A DNA stretch of 64,000 nucleotides from assembly GCF_001194135.2 (NCBI RefSeq), contig NC_068999.1:53585254-53649253 (forward strand). Reading direction: 5' to 3'. The notes below the pieces were generated by a model. It ran no database searches and was not told where the DNA came from. It saw only the letters and a list, made by a program, of their open reading frames with translations. Below, piece by piece: positions 63,623 through 64,000 of the stretch. The position numbers and the translations under genes were made by a program. Within the stretch, counting starts at the first letter, position 1; each line of letters starts with the position of its first letter. This DNA comes from Octopus bimaculoides. Taxonomy: Eukaryota.

Positions 63623-64000
63623 CAAAGCACATATTTCACCACCACCACCACTCTCCTTTCACACCTCTCCTCTCAACAGCTAAATATCGATCTCTGTATA
63701 TTGATTGCGTTTCACAAAAGTCCTTTGGCGTACTTGGACTCCACAGCAATTCCCTCAGCAGTACTTGAACTCACAGCTTCTAGTTCACTCACTACTGCAG
63801 TCCAGTCCATACCAGTCCAGTCCATACCAGTCTACCCTCTAAACATTGGATACTACAAAGCTGTTGATGGAATTTCAATTGTTTACTTCTCACACTTAAA
63901 AAGAATCACTCCAGGATGTCTGTGTCTGGAGGTTCTAATGTCATTTGTGTTGCTTATTTAATTGATTCTCACCATGGGGCAGATATCATACTGTTAGTAC

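Noticed and set aside
62639-63768. Poly-V/T/H/D/M ORFs
   Set aside because: Trinucleotide low-complexity tracts with no splice-supported exon or homology.

Overview
Animal genomic DNA, not prokaryotic. It is AT-rich, dense in microsatellites, SINEs and LINE relics, and has several N-gaps. The repeat families look like those of an octopus (coleoid cephalopod); that assignment is an inference from memory of the repeat sequences. Two protein-coding genes can be reconstructed by hand, with GT-AG junctions and consistent reading phase at every junction. (1) AMBRA1, minus strand: 11 coding exons from the ATG at 15968 down to 68, continuing off the left edge. They encode 2145 codons in the window, including one 5163-nt exon that stretches the disordered loop inside the split WD40 propeller to about 1860 aa. 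(2) TMEM35/NACHO, the nicotinic acetylcholine receptor chaperone, plus strand: 3 exons (33566-33676, 43219-43354, 44675-44907), 159 aa, ending in a KKxx ER-retrieval motif. The rest is tRNA-derived SINEs of several families, CR1-, RTE- and possibly Tx1-type LINE fragments, a mariner transposase relic, several MITEs with clear terminal inverted repeats (TIRs) and target-site duplications (TSDs), and simple repeats. I found no CRISPR array, rRNA or genuine tRNA gene, and no self-evident new multi-gene system. The best leads are the very long AMBRA1 loop with helical or coiled-coil segments and TQT motifs at or near its ends, the cephalopod NACHO, a palindromic intronic minisatellite, inverted SINE pairs that could be ADAR substrates, and GG-ended or TTAGGG-carrying MITEs. 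All comparisons with other species are from memory; no searches were run.
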